Shown here: piece after piece, positions 29,564 through 39,738 of the stretch
Numbering within the stretch: the first letter of the stretch is position 1
How the letters are laid out: each line of letters starts with the position of its first letter
Source of the DNA: an uncultured archaeon
GTDB lineage: Archaea > Asgardarchaeota > Thorarchaeia > Thorarchaeales > Thorarchaeaceae
Length of the DNA: 64,000 bases
Assembly (NCBI GenBank): GCA_964558645.1
Contig: CAZLEV010000001.1
Span: forward strand, 317,568 to 381,567
Direction: 5' to 3'
The notes under the pieces: generated by a model
Database searches by the model: none
What the model was told of the DNA's origin: nothing
What the model saw: the letters and a program-made list of their open reading frames with translations, nothing else
Program-made: the position numbers and the translations under genes

Positions 29564-29981
29564 ACCGTATCTCTCCTTGCAGAGTTGGCAGGGTCTGTCT
29601 TTGTGTTATATGGCAAATCGTCTAGTGGTTGTGATTCATGCTTCATCTATTCATGCGCCTCTTTCGGCAGGTGTCGGCTATTCAAATCGCTACAGCTCAA
29701 GTTCTGTCTCAGTGGTTTCAGTAGGTCTTCATTCCACAGAGTACGAGTGTTCCTCGTGTACAAAGCCACACTCTTGTTGTGTGCTTATAAAACTGTCCAT
29801 ATTAATAGCGTATGGACCAATTAGGCTTCTCATAATCCTTAGTTCACGGTTTAGAAAGCTATCATCCGAATATGTGCGTATGCCGAAGAAGCCTCACATA
29901 GGCGGTCACTCTCATGGCATTTCAGGTGGCTCTTGTTGTGTATCCGTATCTCTAATCCAACAAGCAACTTCAAGAGGGACC

Positions 29982-30380
29982 ATGCCAATACCTGAACAAA
30001 CTGACGTGAGGAATGGCGAATTGAACCAGATGCCTGGCGACTTCGTTGGGGCGGTATTCTACTTGCTCCTCAAGCGGGCCCTTGAAGACGCAGAACTCGC
30101 ACAAGAGGTGGAGTCTTGGAGTATGACCGCCGAGATATCCACAGACTATTACCCTATCAGCATCGATTTGAGAAGTGGAGTTGCCGTCACCAGAGGTTCG
30201 TCAGAAGCTCCAACTCTGAGAGTCAAGACCTCCTTCAAGACGGTTGCAGACCTTGCGGCTGGCAGAGTCAAACCATTTCGCGCATTGCTCAATAGGCGAC
30301 TGAAAATCAGAGGGATGTTTCGTCACCCAATCTGTTCCCTACGCTTCTATCGTCTTATGACTGCTGCTTTAGGTGTGTGA
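29982..30380 (+). CDS. SCP2 sterol/lipid-binding domain protein
   Basis: APTLRVKTS...DLAAG...PFRALLNRRLKIRG matches the SCP2 C-terminal pattern; overlaps the next gene. Confidence 0.7.
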   Translation: MPIPEQTDVRNGELNQMPGDFVGAVFYLLLKRALEDAELAQEVESWSMTAEISTDYYPISIDLRSGVAVTRGSSEAPTLRVKTSFKTVADLAAGRVKPFRALLNRRLKIRGMFRHPICSLRFYRLMTAALGV

Positions 30381-31809
30381 GGCTATGGAACTAGTCGATC
30401 GATTAACAGCTATAGTCGGTGAAAGATTCGTTTCAGATAGGATTCCCGAGAGATACCTCTATTCATACGACATGACCGAGAATCCGCCACAGAGACCTGC
30501 ACTCGTCGTGATGCCCGGCGGAGTTGATGAGATCCAACAGATTGTCCAACTTGCCAACAAGACCAAGACACCTCTGGTGCCATTCATCACCGGTCAGAAT
30601 GTTGGAGGTCTCACGATTCCTCAGGTACCCGGAGCTGTCGTTGTAGATTTGAAGCGGTTGGACAGAATACTCCAGGTCGATGAAGATGCCATGTATGCCT
30701 TGGTAGAGCCTGGTGTCACATTCGGTCATTTGAGGAAGTATTTAGACGAACATCATCCGAGTCTGAGGTATACCTATCCTTTGGCCCCACCCTATACGTC
30801 AGTCGTGGCAAATGCTCTGCTTCAGGGCCTTTGCGATCTGTCCACTAGGCATGGCGCAATGGCTGATTTCGTGAACGGCGTCGAGGTCGTGCTTCCCACA
30901 GGAGAGGCAGTCAGAACAGGGAGTTCAATCCTTGGAGATGATAACTGGTTTGGAAGATACCCTCTTCCGGATCTACTTGGTCTCTTCAGCGGATGGCAAG
31001 GAATGACTGGTATCGTGACCAAGATGGCAGTCCAGCTTTGGCCCAAACCCCCATGTGTTGAGCATGCTGCTCTATTCACATTTGATGAAGTTGCTACAAC
31101 TCGATTGCTCCAAGAGCTGGTTCGAACTCAGGCGCTCGATGATGCAGACTGCATGTCGCTTTCATTGGTTAAAATGCTCCTTGGAGTCTCAGCCCCTGTG
31201 AAAGCATTGGAGGGTGAACCTGACTACGCTACACTGCTCTCCGTGTCGGGAGGTACAAGGGTTGAAGTTGAAGAGAAGCTTAACACAGTCCGACGGATAA
31301 CAGAGTCCTCTAAACATGCTGCCTCAAGACCTCTTCTCATTGACTGGGATGCAGTCATCGCGCTGATGGGAGAGCAGGCCGCCAGCTGGGTGGACTTCCC
31401 GTCAGATGCATTCAAGATTCTGACCGAATACGACGGTCTCACCTGGGTTGGCACTTACATCCATCCTCGCAACTGGGGCGAAGCCCTCGCCGGCGGGCGG
31501 CGTATCGTGGAGAATCACGGATTCGAACTGATGGCCTTCCTCAAGCCTATGAAGGGTATGCACTTTGGGGAGTTCAAGTTCATCATCCGCTTTCCCAAGG
31601 ACAATGAGACCCTAGAACGCGTTCGTCGCTGCAACGAGGAGTTGTTGGACCACGCTCTTGACCAGAAGGCCATTCCTTACAAGACACCGGTCTGGGCCGC
31701 GGAGAAGCTGATGGCGCGTGCTGATCCTGAGTTCGTAAGACTCGTGAAGAGAATCAGAGAGACTCTGGACCCCAATGGAATAATGAACCCGGGGAGGTGG
31801 GGCCTATGA
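30373..31809 (+). CDS. FAD-binding oxidoreductase (GlcD/VAO-PCMH family)
   Basis: YSYD, P.LVVMP, VEPGVTF, EVVLPTG, GMTGIVT, LDPNGIMNPG. Confidence 0.9.
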   Translation: MCEAMELVDRLTAIVGERFVSDRIPERYLYSYDMTENPPQRPALVVMPGGVDEIQQIVQLANKTKTPLVPFITGQNVGGLTIPQVPGAVVVDLKRLDRILQVDEDAMYALVEPGVTFGHLRKYLDEHHPSLRYTYPLAPPYTSVVANALLQGLCDLSTRHGAMADFVNGVEVVLPTGEAVRTGSSILGDDNWFGRYPLPDLLGLFSGWQGMTGIVTKMAVQLWPKPPCVEHAALFTFDEVATTRLLQELVRTQALDDADCMSLSLVKMLLGVSAPVKALEGEPDYATLLSVSGGTRVEVEEKLNTVRRITESSKHAASRPLLIDWDAVIALMGEQAASWVDFPSDAFKILTEYDGLTWVGTYIHPRNWGEALAGGRRIVENHGFELMAFLKPMKGMHFGEFKFIIRFPKDNETLERVRRCNEELLDHALDQKAIPYKTPVWAAEKLMARADPEFVRLVKRIRETLDPNGIMNPGRWGL

Positions 31810-32930
31810 CATCAGTTATCCAGAAATGGCTTCATCACTGCATTCGTTGTTCGACCTGCAAGTATGTATTCCGCGATTATTCCCCCTCATGTCCCTCCGG
31901 GGAGTACTATCGGTTCGAGAGTTATTGGGCATCAGGTCGCCTGTGGCTGGCCCGCGGTCTCGAAACAGGCGAGCTGGGTTGGAGTGATGAACTTCTAGAA
32001 CTCCTCTTCACGTGCACTACTTGCGGCAGTTGTGAGGAGCAATGTCAGGCACCGCAGGCGCAGAGCATTGTGAAGATAATTGAGGAACTCCGTGAGAGAT
32101 ATGTGAGCGAGATCGGTCCGCTACCGAAGCACGAAGCATTTGCTGACAACGTGGCTGAACATCACAACCCCTATGGGAACAACCACCACGCTCGAACAAT
32201 GGTGGCCATGCACGGTCTGCCAGATAAGGCTGACACTGTCTTCTTCATTGGCTGCACCTCTAACTATCGTGAGACCTCTATCCGTGATGCTGCTGTCTCC
32301 GTTCTGAAGAAGGCTGATGTTGACTTTACGGTTGTTGACGAGTATTGTTGTGGCTCGCCGCTGGTGCGTACCGGTCAGACACAGTCTGTCTTAGAACTGG
32401 CGAAACACAATGCTGCAGAGTTTGAAGCTTGTGGATGCACCAGAATCATCACCGCCTGTGCAGGATGCTATAGGACGCTCTCAACGGAGTATCCTGAGAT
32501 CCTGGGTTCTTTTGACTTAGAAGTCGTGCATATCTCACAACTCATCAAGGATCTTATTGAAAGTGGTCGTCTCTCCATAGAGCGTGAATTGGGGGGTGTA
32601 TTCACCTATCACGACCCATGCCATCTCGGTCGACACGGTGCAGTGTATGACGAACCTCGAGTTGTCATGGAGCTTCTCGGGCTTGAACTCTCTGAGATGG
32701 ACCTGAACCGAGAGAATGCATGGTGTTGTGGAGCGGGTGGAGGAGTTAGAAGTGCTTTTCGCGACATGTCCACGGCGACCGCTGAGAAGCGGATACAACA
32801 AGCTCAAGCTACAGGAGCCGACAATCTCGTCACTTGCTGCCCATTCTGCGTCAACAATCTGCAAAGGGTGGCAGGCGAGGATATGCAGGTAGACGATTTG
32901 GTAGAACTCGTTGATCGGCTCAGTGACTGA
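31806..32930 (+). CDS. Fe-S oxidoreductase (GlcF/HdrD-like) with ferredoxin motifs and two CCG domains
   Basis: CIRCSTC, CTTCGSCEEQC, CCGSP, ACAGC, YHDPCHLGR, CCGAGGG, CPFC; ATGA overlap with the upstream gene. Confidence 0.92.
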   Translation: MTSVIQKWLHHCIRCSTCKYVFRDYSPSCPSGEYYRFESYWASGRLWLARGLETGELGWSDELLELLFTCTTCGSCEEQCQAPQAQSIVKIIEELRERYVSEIGPLPKHEAFADNVAEHHNPYGNNHHARTMVAMHGLPDKADTVFFIGCTSNYRETSIRDAAVSVLKKADVDFTVVDEYCCGSPLVRTGQTQSVLELAKHNAAEFEACGCTRIITACAGCYRTLSTEYPEILGSFDLEVVHISQLIKDLIESGRLSIERELGGVFTYHDPCHLGRHGAVYDEPRVVMELLGLELSEMDLNRENAWCCGAGGGVRSAFRDMSTATAEKRIQQAQATGADNLVTCCPFCVNNLQRVAGEDMQVDDLVELVDRLSD

Positions 32931-33022
32931 AGACGCTGAGATGGTATCACGCAATCACTGACGGTTCTGTGAATGGAGGGTTTCCTATGTTTTGTGTCTT
33001 GATCTTATCCGGATTGACAGCC

Positions 33023-34018
33023 CTATCTTGGCTTTACGAAGCCGCCCCATTCAACCATATCCTTCACAGTTGACATGACATCCCACTCGGGTTCGTAGTC
33101 GAGCTCTTTGCGGATCTTTGAGTCATCGATCACATATTCGGAGCCAAGCATCTTGACCCTGAACGCAGTGATGAGCGGGGCTTTTGAACGATTGAAGGTT
33201 CTTGCCAATGCTCCCGAAATCTTCCCAAGCCCAACTGCCAAGCTGTAAGGAATTGACTTGACGGCTTCTTCAGCATCGAGTTCTTCTCTCAGGCTCTCAA
33301 CTAGTTCTCGGAATTTGACGGTGAATGAAGTTACATTGTATGCCTTTCCATCTGCCTTGTCTATGTTCTCCGCGGCAAGTATCAACGCCCTTGCTACATC
33401 TTCTGCATGGACGAAGCTCTGAGTGTTCTTGCCTCCGCTGAACCAGTACATGTTGCCGTTTCGGATCTTCTCAATGAGTATTGGGCCTGTGAACATATCA
33501 CCGTGTCCGAGAACAAGTGGCGGTCTGACTGCCGCGGCCTTGATGTCATAGTCATCTCTATACTGCCAGACGAGTTTCTCTGATTCCAGCTTGGATCTCT
33601 GGTACCAGTTGTCCGGGTTATATTCCTGATTCTCAGTCATTGGGTCTTCAGTATTCGGGAAGCCGTAAACAGCGGTTGATGACGTGAAGAGGACGTTGGG
33701 GATTCCTTTCTCGAGGATGACATCTAAGACGTTTCTCGTTCCCTCGACATTCACCGGGAAGAAGTGGGACTTGCCTCCCCAATCAGCCATGACTGCGGCA
33801 TTGTGAAAGAACCATTTGATGTCCTCAGACATAGATCTCTTGAGGCTTTCAATGTCTGTCACATCCCCGACAGTTGTTTCGATGTGTAATCCTTCCAAGA
33901 GGTCTAGCGACGAGTCCTCTCGGATCAGTACCGTGACATCGTGCCCCTTTTGGACGAGCATGCGAACGATATGGCTCCCTATGAAGCCAGTTCCGCCCGT
34001 GACAAAGCATTTGACCAT
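33023..34018 (-). CDS. Extended SDR, NAD-dependent epimerase / 3-beta-HSD-like
   Basis: VTGGTGFIG, NVEGT, TSSTAVYG, YQRSK (YxxxK), VHAEDVA. Confidence 0.9.
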   Translation of the reverse strand: MVKCFVTGGTGFIGSHIVRMLVQKGHDVTVLIREDSSLDLLEGLHIETTVGDVTDIESLKRSMSEDIKWFFHNAAVMADWGGKSHFFPVNVEGTRNVLDVILEKGIPNVLFTSSTAVYGFPNTEDPMTENQEYNPDNWYQRSKLESEKLVWQYRDDYDIKAAAVRPPLVLGHGDMFTGPILIEKIRNGNMYWFSGGKNTQSFVHAEDVARALILAAENIDKADGKAYNVTSFTVKFRELVESLREELDAEEAVKSIPYSLAVGLGKISGALARTFNRSKAPLITAFRVKMLGSEYVIDDSKIRKELDYEPEWDVMSTVKDMVEWGGFVKPR

Positions 34019-34180
34019 TGATTGACCCAGTGTCCACAATGTCCCACGGTACTTCAGTGTTGCGACTCGATTATACGCTTCTTTCGCGAAGATGATTTTG
34101 CGGGTCTTCCTCTGTTTTCTCTATCACGGTTGTTTTCCACAATGCAATGACTTAACTAGTAATTAACAATAGTAAAAAGG

Positions 34181-35041
34181 ATGAAGAATATGACTCGTGT
34201 GCGGCAAGTTGACTGGAAGCGAGAGAGTCGTGCGATGCGGGAGGGCGCAGGCGTTCTTGTACGTAGAGCTTTTGGTCATCAAGATACAGAGCGACTCGAT
34301 CCATTCCTCATGCTCGATGACTTTGGGTCAGAGCGGAAGGAAGCCTATCAAGGAGGTTTTCCCTCACACCCGCATCGTGGCTTTGAAACCGTCACCTACA
34401 TGTTGAAGGGAGAGATGGAACATAGAGACAGTACTGGTCGAAGCGGTGTGATTGGACCTGGCGATGTTCAGTGGATGACAGCCGGGAGTGGCATCATCCA
34501 TGAAGAGATGCCGAAGACAGATGATGGTGAAATGAGGGGCCTCCAGCTCTGGGCCAACTTACCCTCCGATAAGAAGATGACGGCGCCTACCTATCGTGGT
34601 TATGAGAGAGAATCGATTCCCGTAGTCATCACACCCAGTGGTGCTGAAGTGAGGGTGATAGCAGGCAATGTGTCCGGGGAGCGTGGGCCGGTGAGAGACG
34701 TCGCTATCGATCCAGAGTATCTTGACATATCGCTGGAACCGCATGCCGAATTTATCCACAGTATCCCCGAAGACCATACCGTTTTCGCATATGTGTTGGA
34801 AGGTGAGGCACAATTCGATGAGAACGGAGAAACAGCCTCATCTCGAATGCTGGTGGTGTTTGGAGCTGGCGACGAAGTGGCAATCACGACTGAGGAGAAC
34901 TCTGTACGTTTCATTCTAGTGTCTGGTAAGCCATTGAACGAGCCTGTGGCTTGGCGAGGTTCAGTCGTGATGAATACTGAAGATGAGGTGCTCAGGGCGT
35001 TCCAAGAGTTTCGAAACGGGAACTTCGTGAAAGAACACTAA
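34181..35041 (+). CDS. Pirin family protein
   Basis: DPFLMLD, GFPSHPHRGFETVTY, QWMTAGSGIIHEE, QLWANLP. Confidence 0.96.
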   Translation: MKNMTRVRQVDWKRESRAMREGAGVLVRRAFGHQDTERLDPFLMLDDFGSERKEAYQGGFPSHPHRGFETVTYMLKGEMEHRDSTGRSGVIGPGDVQWMTAGSGIIHEEMPKTDDGEMRGLQLWANLPSDKKMTAPTYRGYERESIPVVITPSGAEVRVIAGNVSGERGPVRDVAIDPEYLDISLEPHAEFIHSIPEDHTVFAYVLEGEAQFDENGETASSRMLVVFGAGDEVAITTEENSVRFILVSGKPLNEPVAWRGSVVMNTEDEVLRAFQEFRNGNFVKEH

Positions 35042-35326
35042 CGCCCTCGATGAATATGTATTACCGAACTCAGGTAAGAGCAGTCAAGATATCCGAGATG
35101 CTCAGATTGGGGTTGTTAACAGTTGCATAGAAGTGGGACAAAGTTGGACACTTCATAGATGAGCATCTGAATAAATATGTAGGTCTTTATATACTCCCGG
35201 AGAGAGATGAGAGTATGAGGTTGACTGACACGCCCTATGGCCTCACAGAGTCTCCCCAGTGCCGTTCTTGGGAGTACATCACTCTGGCGTCCAAGATTGT
35301 ACAATCTACAATGAACGATTCAATCG

Positions 35327-35548
35327 TCAAATGATTGCGATTGCGCCTTTGGGACATGCTTCTACACAGTCCTCACACCTTGTACACAGATCCGTGAAGG
35401 CGACGTCAACTCTCCAGTCCTCAGGATCGTTGCTCTCCTTATCTGGTGAATACATCATGAACAGCGCACCAGGGCAGATCCGCAGACATTTCTTGCACTC
35501 CCTCGGGTCGCCGCAGGTTTCGTAATCCACCAGTATCTGCGTCTTCAT
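35327..35548 (-). CDS. Small 2x[4Fe-4S] ferredoxin
   Basis: CGDPRECKKCLRICP and CTRCEDCVEACP. Confidence 0.85.
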   Translation of the reverse strand: MKTQILVDYETCGDPRECKKCLRICPGALFMMYSPDKESNDPEDWRVDVAFTDLCTRCEDCVEACPKGAIAII

Positions 35549-35549
35549 A

Positions 35550-36431
35550 TCACCACACATCCTTGAGCGCTGGGAGTTCGTTCCTATCAATCATCTCGAT
35601 GGCACCTTCAGGACATGATGTCGCACATAGACCACACCCGAAACATTTCCACTGATCTACGAAGGGTCTGTTCATTGAGTCACTAAAAGTCAGTGCGCCG
35701 AACTGACATCTGGAGAGGCATTCTCTGCAGCCTGTACAATCTGCTAAGTTCACCTTTGCTACATATTCCCCTTTCCAGAGCGCCTGCAGGTCGTAGGCTG
35801 TTCGGATGCGGGTCGCTGCACACTCTGGAAGTTCGCATGAGCAGAGCGCCGCGATATATGGCGAGGGTCCCATCCAGACAGTGTGTATTCTCCCGCCCTC
35901 GTCCATCTCGGTGACGAAATCCTTTGCCTCGTCGATATACATAGGCTTTGCGCCACTATCCGGTATGTACCTTGGCAGCTTTGGAACCATCTCCGCCAAT
36001 GCTCCAAAAGCCAGACAACACGGATCTTCGATTCCTCGCGTCATGTGCCTGCAAGCGCAGTTAACTCTCAGTATTGGTTCTGCGAGTTCAAGTATCTTCA
36101 GGGAATCCTCCAGTGTCACCACTTGCCCAGGGTGCCCTTCTGCCCTCCTCGGGTTCCTGTCCTTCAGGGGTTTCTCTTTGCGGAACCAGCTGTTGATGTA
36201 CCAATGCATAGCTCGGCCAATGAGAGGGGTGTCGAACTTGTAACCGGGCCCCTTGGTTGAAATGCCGTAAATCTTCTGCAGGTAGACCTTCTCGAAGTGT
36301 TTCCAGAGTTCAAAGATGTATTCATGCGCCCCGACCGCTTCCGCGGTTTCTTCAAGGTAGTTCCTCGAATTCAGGTACCAACGTTTTCCTGCCCCGTGTT
36401 TATAGCACCACTCACACAACTGACTCAACAT
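35550..36431 (-). CDS. 4Fe-4S dicluster protein with Cys-rich N-terminal domain
   Basis: CEWC..HG, CACR, CC, CSC...C, and two C-terminal CxxCxxCxxxC motifs. Confidence 0.85.
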   Translation of the reverse strand: MLSQLCEWCYKHGAGKRWYLNSRNYLEETAEAVGAHEYIFELWKHFEKVYLQKIYGISTKGPGYKFDTPLIGRAMHWYINSWFRKEKPLKDRNPRRAEGHPGQVVTLEDSLKILELAEPILRVNCACRHMTRGIEDPCCLAFGALAEMVPKLPRYIPDSGAKPMYIDEAKDFVTEMDEGGRIHTVWMGPSPYIAALCSCELPECAATRIRTAYDLQALWKGEYVAKVNLADCTGCRECLSRCQFGALTFSDSMNRPFVDQWKCFGCGLCATSCPEGAIEMIDRNELPALKDVW

Positions 36432-36508
36432 CCAAGGATTGCGCTCTTCGTCCTAACTGAAACTCAATGGCAAACGCACTAAATTGGGTTTCGGACGGAG
36501 CGTAAGAA

Positions 36509-36910
36509 CTACGTGTGCTCTGTTAGATGGATTCCTTTTTCCACAATCTCACGCGCGACGAAACTACTGGAATCCTGGAGAAGGGATTCGAACTCGTCTT
36601 TTGTGTATATGTGGAATTCAAACATCATACCCGTTTTGAGTCGACTGACTTCCTTCATTAAGTCGACTCCTCTCGTTTTGGAATCATTACGGACCACAAT
36701 GCACAGATCTAGATCGCTCTTGTGCATGAACTCATCTGTGGCATATGATCCAAATAGCCAGACATCCACAACACATCCTAGACTGAGCAAGTGCTCAGCA
36801 ACACGTCTGGTCTTCTTTATGACTTCACTCTTGGCCTCGGGCCAAAACACTCTCACAGAATTTGATGACTTCTCCTGCAGCGGTAACTGCCTCCTTCGCT
36901 TCGTCTTCAT
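36509..36910 (-). CDS. Minimal nucleotidyltransferase (MNT), partner of HEPN
   Basis: LFGSYA......SDLDL; overlaps the HEPN gene; start is uncertain. Confidence 0.88.
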   Translation of the reverse strand: MKTKRRRQLPLQEKSSNSVRVFWPEAKSEVIKKTRRVAEHLLSLGCVVDVWLFGSYATDEFMHKSDLDLCIVVRNDSKTRGVDLMKEVSRLKTGMMFEFHIYTKDEFESLLQDSSSFVAREIVEKGIHLTEHT

Positions 36911-37235
36911 CAAAGGCGTCTCTAGGTGTGCCTCCAGGTAGTCCGTTAGGGTACCTTGCTGGGATATAGTGCCTGTCGAGTTCTCGTGCATATGAGAGAA
37001 TCTTCTCGTTTGGTACATAGTCCTCCGGGAGCGCGTCCAGCAACTGAGCGACAGAATGGCCCCAGGCTTCTGCACCAAGTGATCTGAAGATAGCCTTGAC
37101 AGCCATCTCGGCGGCTTGTTGAGCCGCAAAGCAGGCCCAATCATAGTGCCTGAGGCCTATACTCCCCTTAGCGTGCTCAAGGTTGAACTTGGCTTGATGC
37201 ATCCAGTCTTCAGCTCTTCTCAAATCGGCACCCAC
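36825..37235 (-). CDS. HEPN domain protein
   Basis: YDWACFAAQQAAEMAVKA, GHS, LDRHYIPARYP. Confidence 0.93.
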   Translation of the reverse strand: MGADLRRAEDWMHQAKFNLEHAKGSIGLRHYDWACFAAQQAAEMAVKAIFRSLGAEAWGHSVAQLLDALPEDYVPNEKILSYARELDRHYIPARYPNGLPGGTPRDAFDEDEAKEAVTAAGEVIKFCESVLARGQE

Positions 37236-37283
37236 CTATGGCTTGCAATTGACGCTTATCAACTCTTACACACTACACCATCT

Positions 37284-38048
37284 CTATGCTGTCAGGCGCC
37301 TGATGAATTCTACTAACCTCTCTATGACCACATCAGCGATTGCCTGACCCTTCTCCTTCGTTGCTTGAGTGGAGTATCCGACGTTCCCGGTATCGGTGAG
37401 CTGTTTCATCATTGTTGCCATCTGAGCCTTGGGTGATGCAGCTAACATATCCGGTACAACATAATCTGGAACTGGTGATTTTCCCGGCTCATCCACTAGT
37501 TCTTCATCCAGCACTCTTTGGTCGAGATACCACGCAACAGAGCTCTCCATGTCGCATGCATGATATACGGGCGGTGTTGCGACTTCTTTGATCTTGTCCA
37601 TGGCCAGGTTCCACCAATCCACTGAATAGGCGATGATTCCGTAATCATCTCGAAGGATGCGGAGGGCATTAGTGATAGCGCAGGTATTGCCCCCATGGCC
37701 GTTCAGTAGAATGATGGGGTCGAATCCATGAGTGTGCAGAGACCTACAGATGTCTACAAGAAGCATCGAGAGGGTCTGTTCACGGATAGAGACCGTGCCC
37801 GGAAACTCCATGTGATGCTGCGAGAATCCATAGACAACTGTCGGCGCCACGGTCACCTTCATTTCGTCCCAGATACGTTCTGCTGTCCTTGTGGCAAACT
37901 CGGTGGCGATGTAATGGTCGTTGTCAACTGGCAGGGCGGGTCCGTGTTGTTCTGTCGAACCGACAGGGACGAGTACGACGCCAGACTCTTCTAATCGCTT
38001 TTCCACCTCTTCCCATGTCATCTTGGCAAGCGAGTATTCCTTGTTCAC
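37284..38048 (-). CDS. Creatininase / MftE-like amidohydrolase
   Basis: PVGSTEQHGP.LP..ND, S.HH..FPGT, NGHGGN, HA...E.S. Confidence 0.92.
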   Translation of the reverse strand: MNKEYSLAKMTWEEVEKRLEESGVVLVPVGSTEQHGPALPVDNDHYIATEFATRTAERIWDEMKVTVAPTVVYGFSQHHMEFPGTVSIREQTLSMLLVDICRSLHTHGFDPIILLNGHGGNTCAITNALRILRDDYGIIAYSVDWWNLAMDKIKEVATPPVYHACDMESSVAWYLDQRVLDEELVDEPGKSPVPDYVVPDMLAASPKAQMATMMKQLTDTGNVGYSTQATKEKGQAIADVVIERLVEFIRRLTA

Positions 38049-38122
38049 TCTGAGTTCCTCCTCTCTAGTCGAAGTCCTACATCACATAAGGACGTATCGA
38101 AATCATCTGTGCTCTAACATGC

Positions 38123-38473
38123 TCACAGCTCAGTGACAGGGATGTTGATTGTCAGAAGCATCATTGGTTCTGCGGAGTCATTCCGATAACCATGAAATGT
38201 CCCCGCGGAAATGTGTACCGCTCTCCTAGGTTTGATTTGATATTCCTCGTTCTCTAGCCAGCCAACCCCTCTTCCGCTGATGAAGTAGAGTACATGATGA
38301 TATTCGTCTTTGTGAAGAGGGAACTCACCTCCAGGTTTCACCCGCGTGAGTGTGACTTTGACACCAGAGTTGAGCATGGGGACAATCGGGAGCCCGTGCA
38401 CTCCACTCGTAATGTCTTCTCTCACGGTTTGGAGATCTTCATCGACTAAATCTTTGATTCGTATCTGAACCAT
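38123..38473 (-). CDS. Cupin domain protein
   Basis: PGGEFPLHKD..H..YFISG.G and HISAGTFHGYRN. Confidence 0.85.
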   Translation of the reverse strand: MVQIRIKDLVDEDLQTVREDITSGVHGLPIVPMLNSGVKVTLTRVKPGGEFPLHKDEYHHVLYFISGRGVGWLENEEYQIKPRRAVHISAGTFHGYRNDSAEPMMLLTINIPVTEL

Positions 38474-38584
38474 GGTTGTATGGCCTCTCGTTGATTAGAC
38501 TGAATCGTTCTGATCGACCTTTCAAAGCCTGTAAGACAGGTCTAAGAGTCCTCCGATTGTAGGCTAGAACTCCCTCGCGCTCCT

Positions 38585-39382
38585 TCACGAAGGAAGGTTC
38601 TGACTGGGAATATCCATGATGAGCGTTTGAGTTACCTGTACCAGAGTTCTATCTCTCTCAAATGAGTATCCCGTTATGCTCCACTCTGTTGTTGCACGGA
38701 GTGTGAAGTTCAGACTGGCACCGTGAGTGACAACGATCAAGCTTTGGAAAACGATGTCAAAGGCAAGTATCCCGTGAACGCTGGCGTCAGGGCTTGACAG
38801 ACCACGGTCCCTAAAGCCGATGTCAAATGACAATTCCGTGCCATAATATGAATCATACCACTCTCGAACGAAGAATAGCCATTCTACGCTTCCATTCCAG
38901 TCGTGACTTGATCGTACAGCTATCCGAAGAGGCCCCTCGTCATGGGTTCCAGTATGGTCCTTTATCCGATTGCTATCTGAATGGAGGTCGAGCAGAGTCT
39001 GTCCTTTTTCAATCCACCCTGCGGCACCAGTTTCCGCCACGGTTCCTTCGACGCGTTCTACGAGAGAGAAACTGTAGTAGTCGTACTCAGTGCCTCTGAT
39101 GGAGTTGTTGCCCAGATATGTGAGCTGCCAACGAAGATCGACTGTACCCACAGAGATGGTGTGCCCTTTGATCTCCACTTCGTAGTCATTGCGCTGCTCA
39201 CCGTGTGTCGCATTGGCCACAAATACCGGGTCATTTATGCTGACAGGTTCAGTTGTGACTACAATACGCTGTCTTAGTAGGTCGGCTGGCAGAGCAGCTA
39301 GCACAATCATCATGATACTGAAGACTACGAACACTCTGAGACAAGTCGATGTTCTATCTGAATCAGGACGAGGTTGCTCCAT
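38585..39382 (-). CDS. Hypothetical single-TM anchored extracellular beta-rich protein
   Basis: GGAGG before the ATG at 39382; N-terminal TM; several N-x-S/T sequons. Confidence 0.6.
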   Translation of the reverse strand: MEQPRPDSDRTSTCLRVFVVFSIMMIVLAALPADLLRQRIVVTTEPVSINDPVFVANATHGEQRNDYEVEIKGHTISVGTVDLRWQLTYLGNNSIRGTEYDYYSFSLVERVEGTVAETGAAGWIEKGQTLLDLHSDSNRIKDHTGTHDEGPLRIAVRSSHDWNGSVEWLFFVREWYDSYYGTELSFDIGFRDRGLSSPDASVHGILAFDIVFQSLIVVTHGASLNFTLRATTEWSITGYSFERDRTLVQVTQTLIMDIPSQNLPS

Positions 39383-39738
39383 GGGATTCCCTCCTCGTAA
39401 TTGTATAGAAACTGGCGCATAAAAACGCTTGTCAATCCAAGGAACGAGATCGAATGCTAAGCGGGTTTGTGCCCTGACCTCTGGACGTTCCGACATGAGG
39501 TCTTTGTCCAGAAGTGAAGGGCAGGGTATGGCGCTTCTGGGGATAGGTATTGGAAGCTTCTTGGGAGGAGCCGCCTTTGATATCATTTTACTTGTCCTTC
39601 GGGACAAATTCGGAAGCCAACTCCGACTGCCATGGATGGGAACTGATTAGAGCCGGATTCTGCAAGCTTTCCTCATCACCTCCCAGATGTCAATGTTGAT
39701 AAAACATACCTGGGACGAGAGTCAGGGCGAAGGCGAAA

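Noticed and set aside
29463-29981. N-terminal 173 aa of the 305-aa ORF
   Set aside because: It overlaps the opposite-strand gene and has a non-protein-like composition; the real gene likely starts at the ATG at 29982 (SCP2)
36911-37144. Long N-terminal extension of the MNT ORF, suggesting a frameshift fusion with HEPN
   Set aside because: It is just an alternative frame within the HEPN gene; I see no slippery site and both genes are complete separately
39383-39607. Upstream extension of the 340-aa ORF
   Set aside because: The better start is at 39382, with a GGAGG and an immediately following TM segment
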